A DNA stretch of 64,000 bases from an uncultured delta proteobacterium (lineage in GTDB: Bacteria; Desulfobacterota; Desulfobaccia; Desulfobaccales; 0-14-0-80-60-11): NCBI GenBank assembly GCA_963812015.1, contig CAWETI010000003.1, positions 992,001 through 1,056,000 of the forward strand, in the 5' to 3' direction. Below, one piece after another: positions 8,854 to 18,719 of the stretch (positions are counted from its first letter, which is position 1; each line of letters begins with the position of its first letter). The notes under the pieces were generated by a model. It was given only the letters and a program-made list of their open reading frames with translations, ran no database searches and was not told the origin of the DNA. Both the position numbers and the translations under genes were made by a program.

Positions 8854-9822
8854 ATGAATCAAGACGTGCAACTTTTCTCCTCTACGGCGACCGCGGTATT
8901 CTTGGAGGCCTCTCCCTTTTTACTTTTGGGGGCGTTGCTTTCGTCGGTTTTTGAGGTTTATCTGCCGTCGGATCGCCTGGAGAAGTTTATGCCCAAGGGC
9001 CTTCTCTTAGGCCTGCTTTTCGGGCTGAGTGCCGGGATCTTGATCCCCACCTGCGAGTGTGGCGTGGTTTCAATCGTGCGCCGGTTATTGAAAAAGGGCG
9101 TTCCACCGCATGTGGCGATGACTTATATGCTCTCGGCGCCGGTTATCAACCCGCTGACTATAGCCGCCACTTATATTGCTTTTCGTGGGAATTTCTGGAT
9201 GGTCCTGGGGAGAATCGGTATAGTCGCGGCCTGCGCCTCCTGTATAGGACTGGCCTTGGCCAGGATCAATCCGGTTCTGCTGCTGCGAGGGAGGGAAACC
9301 GAGCCGGACCTCTGTGACCATGACCACACAATTTGTAGCCCTGCTGATGTGAACCATATGCCTCATGTCCATCTTGACGTGGCCCATGGGTGTGGCTGCG
9401 GTTGTGCAGTCCCCAAAGGCTCCAGGCTGATCCAGGTGTTCCAGCATACAGCTTCGGAGTTCTTGGATATGGGAACGTATCTCATTCTAGGCGCTTTGGC
9501 GGTCGGTTTTTTCAGGGCCTTGCTCCACCAAGAGTGGCTGGCTTTTTTTCAAGACAACGTCTTCCTGGCCATTGGGATGATGATGCTCCTGGCTTTTTTT
9601 CTATCAATTTGCTCGCAAGCCGATGCCTTTGTGGCAGCATCCTTTGTCACCTTTCCCATTGTGGCCCAGCTTTCCTTCGTAACGCTTGGGCCAATGGTTG
9701 ACCTTAAACTCGTCGCCATGTATGGGGCGGTGTTCCGCAAGCGCATAGCGCTCACGCTCATCGTAGTGCCGATAATCCTTATTTATATTTTATCGCTCCT
9801 GCTGGGGATAGTGATCAGGTAA
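8854..9822 (+). CDS. Predicted permease (DUF318/YcgR-like) with His/Cys-rich loop
   Basis: EASPFLLLG, PTCECG, SAPVINP, SICSQADAF, GPMVDLK motifs. Confidence 0.9.
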   Translation: MNQDVQLFSSTATAVFLEASPFLLLGALLSSVFEVYLPSDRLEKFMPKGLLLGLLFGLSAGILIPTCECGVVSIVRRLLKKGVPPHVAMTYMLSAPVINPLTIAATYIAFRGNFWMVLGRIGIVAACASCIGLALARINPVLLLRGRETEPDLCDHDHTICSPADVNHMPHVHLDVAHGCGCGCAVPKGSRLIQVFQHTASEFLDMGTYLILGALAVGFFRALLHQEWLAFFQDNVFLAIGMMMLLAFFLSICSQADAFVAASFVTFPIVAQLSFVTLGPMVDLKLVAMYGAVFRKRIALTLIVVPIILIYILSLLLGIVIR

Positions 9823-10613
9823 TGATGGGACGAATCGGTGGAATTATCGAGGGACTCATTCTGCTGGCGATAGGTGCCTATGCCGGTCTGCTGGTTATTT
9901 ACGGGGATTATTGGCGATTCCTGAATCCTAAATTTAAATGGCTGACCGGTTTGACTGCGGCCATGCTGATTCTTATAGGCACAATAGCCATCTTCAAGAC
10001 CAACAAACGGGCAAGCTATTTCAGGATTTGCATTTTCCTTATCTTTCTGGGAATCATCTTTTGGGGAAATTCAGGAAGGCCGGTAAGCCCAAAAGCCCAC
10101 TCAAAGGCTCTTTTGGAAAGCCCGGCTGACGCGGTGTCCCGAGGTGAAAGGCTTGCTGAAGAGAAATCTCGCCTGGCCCTGAATGGCCTTGAGTACATAA
10201 AAATCAATCTTGGCGAACTTTACTCACTCTGCCAAGAACCCAAACCAGACAAGATAGCCAGTCGCTACGTAGTCCGGGGGATCGTCAAACGCACTAAACA
10301 AACGGATCGTTTGGGGTACTTTGTGCTTCTCAGGAGCGCGGTAGTTTGCTGTCTGGCTGATTCGGTAGGGGTGGGGTTCAGGGTGAAGTACGAGCGGCTG
10401 AATGAACTTGAGGATGGGCAATGGGTGGAGGTCTATGGGACCCTGAGGAGCCTGTCGAAGAAGTTGCCAAAGCCTCACCTGCGCATCAAAGAGATTCGTT
10501 TGACTGTCTTGTGCGATTCTCATATTTTGGTCCCGGCCAGCATCGTTGGAACGGAAGAGCCGGAAACTCCTTTCATGTTCGAGTTCAGTGATACTGAGCC
10601 ATATAGATTCTGA
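9822..10613 (+). CDS. YcgQ/DUF1980 (TIGR03943-like) permease partner
   Basis: N-terminal TMs, R..VVCCLADS motif, GQWVEVYGT; translationally coupled to the permease. Confidence 0.85.
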   Translation: MMGRIGGIIEGLILLAIGAYAGLLVIYGDYWRFLNPKFKWLTGLTAAMLILIGTIAIFKTNKRASYFRICIFLIFLGIIFWGNSGRPVSPKAHSKALLESPADAVSRGERLAEEKSRLALNGLEYIKINLGELYSLCQEPKPDKIASRYVVRGIVKRTKQTDRLGYFVLLRSAVVCCLADSVGVGFRVKYERLNELEDGQWVEVYGTLRSLSKKLPKPHLRIKEIRLTVLCDSHILVPASIVGTEEPETPFMFEFSDTEPYRF

Positions 10614-10680
10614 GACTTATGGGACAACCCTGTCTAAATCTATTAACTGTTCCATCGGCTCATAACTTAAGGAAATTTTC

Positions 10681-12633
10681 ATGACCATCAAGAATGTGCT
10701 CTGCTGGTGGATAGCTGGCATGCTTATCGTTACGACCGGGTGTAGCGAAAAGACCCCACCGGCGCGGAAAGAAGTGCGGCTGATACCGATGCAGGATTTC
10801 TTCCGCAACCCGGAGAAAGCCGGATTCAAGATTTCCCCCAACGGCGAATACCTCTCCTTTCTGATGCCTTGGAAACATCGGCTCAATATCTTTGTCCAGA
10901 AGATCGGACAAGATCAGGCCATCCGGATTACCGAGTCGACCCAACGTGATATTACCGATTATCGCTGGGCTAACGACCTGCGGCTCCTCTACCTGATGGA
11001 CAAAAACGGCGATGAGAACTATCGGGCCTATGGCGTCAACCGCGACGGCTCCGACTTCAAAGAGCTGACGCCCTTTGAGAATGTCCGGGTCAGTATCATT
11101 GATGGGCAGGAAGATATCAAGGACGAAATCTTGATCGGCATGAATAAACGTAATCCGAAAATCTTCGATGCCTACCGGCTCAACATCTATACCGGCGCAA
11201 TGAAGATGGTGGGGGAGAACCCTGGCAACATCTCGGGATGGATGGCTGATAACGCCGGCCAGCTCCGCGTGGCAGTGGCTACCGATGGGGTTAATGAGAC
11301 CCTGCTCTACCGGAAAACCGAAGCCGATCCCTTCAGAGCCATTGTCACCACCAACTTTAAGGATACTTTAGCGCCTCTTTTTTTCACCTTTGATAATAAA
11401 TATCTTTATGTATCCTCCAACCTGGGCCGGGATAAGCAGGCGATTTACCGCTACGATATTGAAAATGATAAATTGTTGGACCTGATTTACGAACATCCGG
11501 AGGTGGATGTGGAAGTGCTCTTGCGGTCGAAGGCACGCAAGGTCATTACCGGGGTTTCGTTTTTTACCGATAAACGGCATTATTATTTCTTCGATAAGGC
11601 CCGAAGACAGATGCAGGAGACCCTGGAAGAGCAGCTGCCCGGCTACGAGGTAGTAGCAGGCGACGAGGGCAGAAACCTGAGGAGCAAAGATGAAACCAAG
11701 GTAATCGTCCGCACCTACAGCGATAAATCTCTGGGGGCGTATTATCTCTACAATCAGCTGAACCACGAGCTGAAAAAACTGGCCGACGTCAGCCCCTGGC
11801 TCCAGGAAAGCGAGTTAGCCGATGTGCAACCGATTCAATTCCAATCCCGGGATGGCCTCACCATTCATGGTTATCTGACCCTGCCCAAGGGGGCAGATCC
11901 GAAAAACTTGCCGGTGATAATTAACCCCCATGGCGGGCCCTGGGCCCGAGACCGTTGGGGCTTTGATCCTGAAGTCCAGTTCCTGGTTAACCGCGGCATG
12001 GCGGTCCTGCAGATGAACTTCCGGGGGTCCACCGGCTATGGCAAAGCTTTCTGGCTGGCGGGCTTCAAAGAGTGGGGCCGCAAGATGCAGGACGACATCA
12101 CGGACGGGGTGCAATGGTTGATCCAACAGGGCATCGCCGATCCCAAACGCGTTGGAATTTATGGCGCCTCTTATGGAGGGTATGCCACTCTGGCGGGCGT
12201 AACCTTCACTCCGGATCTCTATGCCTGCGGGGTGGATTACGTGGGCCCCTCCAACCTCTTCACCCTGCTCGCCTCATTCCCACCTTACTGGGGCCTGGAA
12301 CTCCAGAAGTTTTACGAGATGGTGGGCGACCCGGTGAAGGACAAAGAGTTGCTGACGGCAGTCTCCCCGCTGTTTCACGCCGATAGGATCAAGGGGCCGT
12401 TGTTCGTGGCCCAAGGAGCCCATGACCCTAGGGTGAAAAAGGCGGAGTCCGACCAGATTGTGGCCGCTCTCAAAAAACGCGGCATCAATGTCTTATACAT
12501 GGTCAAAGATAACGAAGGCCATGGCTTCAGCAACGAGGAGAACCGCTTCGACTTTTATCGGGCCATGGAAGAGTTTTTGGGCAAGCATCTGGGAACCCAG
12601 GTCGAAAGGCGAATCGAACCTAAAGCTCGATAA
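10681..12633 (+). CDS. S9 family peptidase (prolyl oligopeptidase/acylaminoacyl peptidase), probable lipoprotein
   Basis: HGGP, GASYGG nucleophile, D-P-R-V, EGHGF catalytic His; N-terminal TTGC lipobox-like. Confidence 0.93.
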   Translation: MTIKNVLCWWIAGMLIVTTGCSEKTPPARKEVRLIPMQDFFRNPEKAGFKISPNGEYLSFLMPWKHRLNIFVQKIGQDQAIRITESTQRDITDYRWANDLRLLYLMDKNGDENYRAYGVNRDGSDFKELTPFENVRVSIIDGQEDIKDEILIGMNKRNPKIFDAYRLNIYTGAMKMVGENPGNISGWMADNAGQLRVAVATDGVNETLLYRKTEADPFRAIVTTNFKDTLAPLFFTFDNKYLYVSSNLGRDKQAIYRYDIENDKLLDLIYEHPEVDVEVLLRSKARKVITGVSFFTDKRHYYFFDKARRQMQETLEEQLPGYEVVAGDEGRNLRSKDETKVIVRTYSDKSLGAYYLYNQLNHELKKLADVSPWLQESELADVQPIQFQSRDGLTIHGYLTLPKGADPKNLPVIINPHGGPWARDRWGFDPEVQFLVNRGMAVLQMNFRGSTGYGKAFWLAGFKEWGRKMQDDITDGVQWLIQQGIADPKRVGIYGASYGGYATLAGVTFTPDLYACGVDYVGPSNLFTLLASFPPYWGLELQKFYEMVGDPVKDKELLTAVSPLFHADRIKGPLFVAQGAHDPRVKKAESDQIVAALKKRGINVLYMVKDNEGHGFSNEENRFDFYRAMEEFLGKHLGTQVERRIEPKAR

Positions 12634-12740
12634 ACGGTTTCAAAAACGCGGAGGCAGATTGGGTGCAGCTTGCGCAGAAAGTATTGTTATGCCCATTCTC
12701 CCAGACCAGGCTGTTAGACAAACATCTTAGATTTCACTAA

Positions 12741-13087
12741 CTGCTATGATCCGACAGTTATCACCGGACCAAAAACCTTCCATGTCCAGATCATATCGAC
12801 TCTTTTTGACCTGATGGCCCCCTGCCTTTTCGCCAGTAACCTGGCCTTTTTCAATCGTTGACTTCCAAAATCATCCTCCCCACAAATGCCCGCACAAGAT
12901 ATGCGGATCATAGCTGCAACTTTTCCGGGTTTGGGGATAATTGTCGGGTTTGGCAAGATATTCGCTATCTTCCCTTAGCTACTTTCAGGCAAGATCAACC
13001 TGCCAAAACCAACCTTTTCGGGATTAAACTCGGGGAGAGAGGTCACAATCCATTTGTGAATAGCGGTGGCTACGGCTGCCGCATAAT
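12741..13087 (+). repeat. Island repeat family, full ~350-bp copy R1 (left arm - core - 117 bp - core - right arm - terminal block)
   Basis: Segments align with 15860-16050, 17410-17886, 18587-18694, 20166-20276 and 24891-24968. Confidence 0.85.
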
Positions 13088-13568
13088 TTTAGTTAATACA
13101 TCCAAACATCCATGGTCTAAAAATTAAAGGGGTTGTGCTTCGAAATCAAATCCAACCCTAACGGTTTGCTCTGTTCCAAAAAGGATGAGAACTATGGATG
13201 CTTCTTTATTCATCAGCTTCGGCCTTGTTTTTGTCGGTGGTTTATTTGCCCTAGTCTGTTGCATACTAAGCTTGGCATTCCCTTCCCAAAAGGGACAAGT
13301 ATTGTTTGATCTTTTATCCTGGCCGCATCATAAGAGCTAAGCATACCCACAGGCCCGCCCTCAGGACCCCCATAGAATCCCATGGGTAACGCCTTTCGGC
13401 CACTAATGAACCCCAGAAAGCTATACTGATTGTGGCAAGCCAGACCATGGCCATTTCTCAAGGGCTGGTGCTCCTATGTATCTTATGCGGTCAAGGGAGT
13501 ATTGTGGGCCAAGAAGATCGGGGGCGGAATACTTGTTTTCGGTGGGGGGGCTTCGTGCCACCATTTTC

Positions 13569-13630
13569 GATCTGCGGATCATATCCGCAAGTATTGGGAA
13601 TTTTTGAGAAGATTTGGTTTTGGCAAGTCA
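13569..13630 (+). repeat. Island repeat family, partial copy with perfect core palindrome
   Basis: TGCGGAT-CAT-ATCCGCA at 13573-13589 followed by GGTTTTGGCAAG. Confidence 0.7.
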
Positions 13631-13868
13631 TCAGCACATCCATTAATAATGTCTGGCCTCTTTGGTTGGCCACTGCCGGGCGGTGGTGCCTGGTGTTTTT
13701 AGTCATCCCAAAAAAGTGCCTTTTGGTCGCGGATAGGCTGGTATGCTCGAAATCTGAGGAAAAATTGACTATACGTCCAGATTTGTGGTAACTTGCCCCC
13801 TATGAGAAGAATTGGGTTCGCCAGCACCCATAAGGGCTTCGGCGCACAACACTAAGGGGTAGAGCGGG

Positions 13869-14144
13869 ATGAATAAGGCGCAACTCATCGAAGCTTTGGC
13901 CAAAGCTGAGAATCTCACCTTGAAGAAGGCCGAAATGGTGGTCAGAGCGTTTTTTGAGAATATGGCCAATGCCCTGGTGCAGAAGGAACGCATTGAAATT
14001 CGCGGCTTTGGCAGTTTCAAAGTGAAATTTTACAATGGCTATAAAGGCCGGAACCCCAAGACCGGCGATCTCATCAAGGTAGATGGCAAGAAATTGCCTT
14101 TTTTCAAGGTTGGCAAGGAACTGCGGGAACGCGTCGATCGCTGA
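13869..14144 (+). CDS. ihfB: Integration host factor beta-like / HU family protein (island-borne)
   Basis: MNK..LI, RIEIRGFGSF, GRNPKTG, PFFKVGKELRERV. Confidence 0.9.
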   Translation: MNKAQLIEALAKAENLTLKKAEMVVRAFFENMANALVQKERIEIRGFGSFKVKFYNGYKGRNPKTGDLIKVDGKKLPFFKVGKELRERVDR

Positions 14145-14323
14145 GCTATTATCACAACCTGGTCGTATTGGATGGGGGATAGCGGTACCCTGTAACCCGA
14201 AAACCGCTTCCGTGCGATCATGCCTTCCGGGAGACAATTCCGACTGCGGTGGCCAAGGCTGCCGCAGCGCCTCGTTTCATAAATTAGCGGGATAACCTTG
14301 GAGAGCCGTTAGGAGAGGCGGCG

Positions 14324-14869
14324 ATGAAGCCACTGTCAAAGAGAGAAATCGAAAAAAAATGGGAGACTTATTTATATTACAAATGGGAATTTTTAAAGAG
14401 AAAACAGGAATTGTTATCACCAGTAAACGAGGAATTTCGAAAGGAGTTTGGAATTCCAAGAACTATGGATATTCTTGAATCAGGTAATAACGTCACGATT
14501 ACACCAGGGTTAACCCATCCAGACGTTCTGACCTCCCTTTTAGATTCAAAGAAGAAAAGACTTAATGTGTCAATTAATTTAGAGGCTCCTAACTGGTTGA
14601 TTGGTCTAATTTTCGAGCATTTAGTTAACTATACTCGGGAGAGAGAGGGCATTAAAGAAAAGAGAATATCTTTTGATAAATTGAATATCTATCTGAAAAT
14701 ATTTGATTTAAATAAGGAGGGCAAATCTCTAAAGAAAATAGCGAAAGAAGTTTATCCGATTGAGTACAGAAGGGGTCAATATGGCACAATGGATTCATTA
14801 CTTAAAAAGGTTAAGAGAAATATAGAAGAGGCTAATAGGATCGTTGACTCAGGAGGAAAAATAATTTAG
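14324..14869 (+). CDS. Hypothetical AT-rich protein with C-terminal HTH-like segment
   Basis: 181-aa ORF; YYKWEFLKR near the N-terminus; IFDLNKEGKSLKKIAKEV. Confidence 0.7.
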   Translation: MKPLSKREIEKKWETYLYYKWEFLKRKQELLSPVNEEFRKEFGIPRTMDILESGNNVTITPGLTHPDVLTSLLDSKKKRLNVSINLEAPNWLIGLIFEHLVNYTREREGIKEKRISFDKLNIYLKIFDLNKEGKSLKKIAKEVYPIEYRRGQYGTMDSLLKKVKRNIEEANRIVDSGGKII

Positions 14870-14980
14870 CTACCTAAAGTGAGGCATTATCTCGGCTGAA
14901 ACCGACGGTCACAAGTATGGGAACGCCGCTGTTGCAATGCGGTTCTTACGGCAGGATGCGGCCTGATCTGGAGGTACGTT

Positions 14981-15715
14981 ATGTCCCAGTGCCCTATCTG
15001 CAAAACAGCCGTATGGGCAGGGCAGCGCTACTGCTCCACCTGTGACAACTACCTCCCCCATCCGGAAGAAGCGAATTATTTCTGCCCCCGATGCGGCATC
15101 CAGGTGGCCCCCCAACAGAAACTCTGCCACAAGTGTAAGGCCACCCTGCCCCAGTTGGCCGGGGCTCTTGCGGTCACGGCCAACTCCTGGAGGCTCTTTC
15201 CCAGGGCACTAATTTTCCTGGCTACGGGTTTGGCCATTGTCGCCCTTCTCTGGATCTTCCTCCGCCACCAAAAGCCCGAACCTCCGCAGAGGATGGCAAC
15301 GCTGCTTCCTCAGGCCGGTTCAGTGCAGACTCCTGCTACTGCGCCGATCCCTACGAAAGAGATAGCCCCCTCGGCTCCCCAGGCTCCTGCGGCCCAAGAA
15401 CCCGCAGTCCCATCATTACCAGCAACCCCTGCTCCCCCGGAAGAGACGACACCAGCACCATCGCCGCCGCGGTACTCTGTGAAGGTCCGTAGTCTGGCCC
15501 TCCGGGATGCCCCCACAAGGTCTGCCTCTCGAATCGCCACCCTCAACTTCCAAGACGAGGTGGAGCTCATCGAAACCGCCGGCGCTTGGGGGAGAGTACG
15601 AGACGATCAGCGCAATCTCGTCGGCTGGGCCTCCCGGCGCTACTTGGAGCCGTTAGCGGCTGATAGTCCACCGGCCGTTCCCCAGAATTGGCCTCCAGGG
15701 CCCAAGGAGCCTTAA
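14981..15715 (+). CDS. Double zinc-ribbon / TM / SH3b domain protein
   Basis: Four CxxC pairs, a TM helix, Pro-rich linker, LALRDAP...VELIE..GAWGRV...GWASRRYL SH3. Confidence 0.85.
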   Translation: MSQCPICKTAVWAGQRYCSTCDNYLPHPEEANYFCPRCGIQVAPQQKLCHKCKATLPQLAGALAVTANSWRLFPRALIFLATGLAIVALLWIFLRHQKPEPPQRMATLLPQAGSVQTPATAPIPTKEIAPSAPQAPAAQEPAVPSLPATPAPPEETTPAPSPPRYSVKVRSLALRDAPTRSASRIATLNFQDEVELIETAGAWGRVRDDQRNLVGWASRRYLEPLAADSPPAVPQNWPPGPKEP

Positions 15716-15859
15716 CCTATTTCGTCTGAAGCTGCCAATGACATGTAGCGGTGGATGGCAAAGGTGGTTGATTCCAGGTGGGTCTTGGGCGCTGGGACAT
15801 GCATCTAGTTCAAATGAAAAAACAAGATTACTTAACTTCAAGGTAAAAGAAGGGATTCA

Positions 15860-16050
15860 GATATCTAGAGCATATCGACTCTTTTCGACCTGATAGCTCC
15901 CTCTCTTTCTCCCCGGCAATCTGGTCTCTTTCAAACGTAGGTGCCTGAAATCATCCTCCCCACAATGGCCCTTGGAGGATATGGAGATCATATCTGCAGT
16001 TTTTGCTAGCTTGGGGATAAGCTTCGGTTTTGGCAAGGTATCAGCCATTC
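15860..16050 (+). repeat. Island repeat family copy R2 (core - 118 bp - core - right arm)
   Basis: CATATCGACTCTTTT.GACCTGAT, AAATCATCCTCCCCACAA, GATATGGAGATCATATCTGCAG, GGGGATAA, TTTGGCAAG. Confidence 0.85.
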
Positions 16051-16266
16051 TCGCTTCTCCTTTCCTACCAGCCTGACCAATCCCAGGAATCGGCGACCCC
16101 TCCCTATCTAAATTGCACTTCCGAAATCTTAACTAAACGAATATTAGGAATTTCGAAGGCTAAAGATAGGGAATTAAGCAAATATTATTAGGGAAACCCT
16201 AATTATCTTGAATTATGGAGGTTAATATAATAAAAGATTTACCTCATTTCGGAAAGGAGTGGAATA

Positions 16267-17256
16267 ATGTTTTCCCATATTTATCAAATGGTTAAGTTCT
16301 CCCTGAGCCTAAGCAAATTTATGCAAATGAGATTGAACAGCTTTCTGTTCCGTTTCCTCCCCTTCTCCGTCTCCCGATGGTACCTTATGGTCCTGGGAAA
16401 GTTTTACTATTTTCTGAACCGTATGGAGGAAGCCCTGATCCGGAAAACCATTCACCATGTTTTTCAAAGAAAATTCCCCGCCCCGGTCTTGAACCGGAAG
16501 ATCAAAGCGGCCTTCAATGGGATCTTCGACCATTACCATGAGAAGCTGTTCGTGGCTTATTCTCATTTCCCCACGCTGGTGAAGTTCTTAAAATCCCAGG
16601 TCAGGTTTTCCGGGGAAGAGGATCTTCAGGCAGCCTTGCACGCTGGCAAGGGGGTCATCCTGGTAACCGGTCACTTCGGGGCGGTGGAGTTCCTGCCCGG
16701 CGCCCTGGCGTTGAAAGGCTATCCCACTTCCATGATCTGCCGTTTCCAAACCAACCGCCTCCGGCAATCCATGGGGGAGCGGGCCGAAGCGGTCGGCCTG
16801 CACCTTATTGATGCGGATGAGGGCAACATCATTCTGTCGGCCATGAAGGCTTTGAAGCAAGGCGGCATCCTCATCACCGAATGTGACGAGTTTGACGAGT
16901 GGCGGCCTGATCCGAATCGTGATGGTTCCTTTCTCAAATGCAAGCTGCCTTCAGACCGAACTCTGGAGCTTTTACAGAAACGCTCGGGTGCCCAGGTCAT
17001 CACGGCCCTGGTACAACGGCAAGGGAAGAAACACTATACCTGTAACCTCACGGCCGTCGGCAACGGGGCCTTCAACCCATCCATTAACGAGCAGTGCTTA
17101 TCGGTTTTAGAAAAGGCAGTTGAAAATTACCCAGAGCAATGGTACCAATGGAAGAAGTTTGGTAGTATGATCAAACCGCAATTGGAGATCGAACCTGATT
17201 GGCATACACCTGGATATCTGCCTGATATTGGGTTTCCAATCCCCGATCAAGCATAA
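16267..17256 (+). CDS. Lysophospholipid / lipid A lauroyl acyltransferase family protein
   Basis: GKGVILVTGHFGAVE and YPEQWYQW motifs. Confidence 0.88.
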   Translation: MFSHIYQMVKFSLSLSKFMQMRLNSFLFRFLPFSVSRWYLMVLGKFYYFLNRMEEALIRKTIHHVFQRKFPAPVLNRKIKAAFNGIFDHYHEKLFVAYSHFPTLVKFLKSQVRFSGEEDLQAALHAGKGVILVTGHFGAVEFLPGALALKGYPTSMICRFQTNRLRQSMGERAEAVGLHLIDADEGNIILSAMKALKQGGILITECDEFDEWRPDPNRDGSFLKCKLPSDRTLELLQKRSGAQVITALVQRQGKKHYTCNLTAVGNGAFNPSINEQCLSVLEKAVENYPEQWYQWKKFGSMIKPQLEIEPDWHTPGYLPDIGFPIPDQA

Positions 17257-17409
17257 TCCGGCTGCCGATGAAGGCATCAGATAAGAGCTGGGCTGCACCG
17301 GGCTTGCCGGTTGTCCCTCAAGGCCAGATAAAGAGCCCCGGCGGTCTGTTATATTATTTGCATATTGCGCGGTTTGGATAAGGATTTAATCAGGCAAAAG
17401 TGTCAGGTA

Positions 17410-17886
17410 CTGCTATGATTCGAGATTTATCAACCTAGTGAAAATTCTACCTATCTGGATCATAACTTCAATTTTTAGCCTGAAAAATTCCCTTCGTTCC
17501 CGCCAGATGTTAGGGCTTCCTTCTCTCACCGGCAGCTGAAATCATCCTCCCCACAAATGCCCTTGGAAGATATGCAGATCATATCTGCAGCTTTTGCTGG
17601 GCCGGTGATAAGGGAAGGTTTTGGCAAGCTAGCGATGCTCTGGGCTCGGGCTCATGTCCGATTCTGTGAGGGCGTGGGGGGAGATTCCTCCATGCGACTC
17701 GACTACGATCCCTGAAGCCCTGGTATGACAATTTGTTGAAAAAGTCTCACTCAAGGTTGTGCTATTATGCCTCCCATGAGACAATTTGGCTGCAAAAAGA
17801 GGAACCTTCTCGGGATTAAACCCGGAAAGAAAGGTCGCCAAAATCGTTTTTGGATTGCGGTGGCAAGAGCTGTTGCATAATCTCGG
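17410..17886 (+). repeat. Island repeat family copy R3 (interrupted by a group II intron remnant)
   Basis: CTGCTATGAT left arm at 17410, cores at 17458 and 17577, AAATCATCCTCCCCACAA, terminal block 17803-17886. Confidence 0.85.
17649..17703 (+). ncRNA. Group II intron 3' remnant (3' half of domain V + domain VI)
   Basis: CATGTCCGATTC-TGT-GAGGGCGTGGGGG GAGATT CCTCCATGCGACTC-GAC; D6 hairpin with bulged A 7 nt from a terminal AC. Confidence 0.7.
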
Positions 17887-18009
17887 ATTATATAGGTCAC
17901 ATCCTGAAGAGGGGAGCGGGCCGGGGAAAGAAGACTCTGAGCAAGATTTTTCAGACGCCTTCCGTGCAGTTGTCATACTAGGAATTTATGCGACAGGCGC
18001 ACCGCACCG

Positions 18010-18100
18010 CTAATTGCAGACGCGGCAAGCGATAACCAAATTATTTTGATAGCCACCGTCACCCTTCGAGCGTGGCTGTATGTGATCCACGGTGAATGTC
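18010..18100 (-). pseudogene. HNH endonuclease fragment
   Basis: FTVDHIQPRSKG....NNLVIACRVCN then stop; no convincing N-terminus. Confidence 0.7.
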
Positions 18101-18156
18101 GTTGGCATTCTGCTGAAACCTGCTACCATTGGCTTGGCAGCCAAAAGGGAGCAACA

Positions 18157-18471
18157 ATGCGCTGGTACCACTATGTGGCGTACTTCTTCGGGGGCGCATT
18201 CCTCGCAAACACCCTGCCCCATCTCGGCAATGGGATCTCGGGGCATGCCTTCCAGAGTCCCTTCGCATCACCACCCGGGGTAGGCTTGTCCTCCTCGATG
18301 GTCAATGTCCTATGGGGACTCTTCAACCTTGCCGTCGGCTACCTGCTCGTTTGTCGTGTCGGCAGCTTCAATCTGCGCAAGACCCAGCACGTGCTCGTCC
18401 TCGGGGCGGGCATCCTGATCATGTCGCTAATCCTTGCCAACGCATTCGGACGATTCCACGGGGGGCTGTGA
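18157..18471 (+). CDS. Small hypothetical membrane protein
   Basis: MRWYHYVAYFFGGAFLAN..PH...F.SPFA.PPG.G.SS..NVLWG; AAGGGAG RBS. Confidence 0.8.
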   Translation: MRWYHYVAYFFGGAFLANTLPHLGNGISGHAFQSPFASPPGVGLSSSMVNVLWGLFNLAVGYLLVCRVGSFNLRKTQHVLVLGAGILIMSLILANAFGRFHGGL

Positions 18472-18586
18472 GCCTGCCTTTTCACGGTGGAAAGGTGTGG
18501 CGCAAACGACAGTGCATAAATCAAGTATAGATAACTTTCGTATCGGATATGTGACATTGATTAGATTGATATCGGCATTTTCAGAC

Positions 18587-18694
18587 GAGGAAATTTGGAT
18601 AAAAAAGTGGAAACTTGTGTGGGGTTAAACTCGTTTATAGGGCTCTCAAAAAATGTTTTTGACTGAGGTGGCAGAAGCTGCCGCATAATCTCGG
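18587..18694 (+). repeat. Island repeat family, terminal block directly upstream of the Sec-DsbA gene
   Basis: GGTTAAACTCG...GAGGTGGCAGAAGCTGCCGCATAATCTCGG aligns with 17780-17886 and 13011-13087. Confidence 0.8.
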
Positions 18695-18719
18695 ATATCA
18701 CTATCGAGGATAACATACC

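Noticed and set aside
12744..16048. Short minus-strand ORFs with CGEDDF (12744-12956, 15857-16048)
   Set aside because: They are translations of the non-coding repeat; frames and lengths are not conserved among copies.
17870..17900. GCATAATCTCGGATTATAT as a XerCD dif site
   Set aside because: Only the GCATAA resembles the XerC arm; there is no TTATGTTAAA XerD arm and the right side is not conserved among copies.
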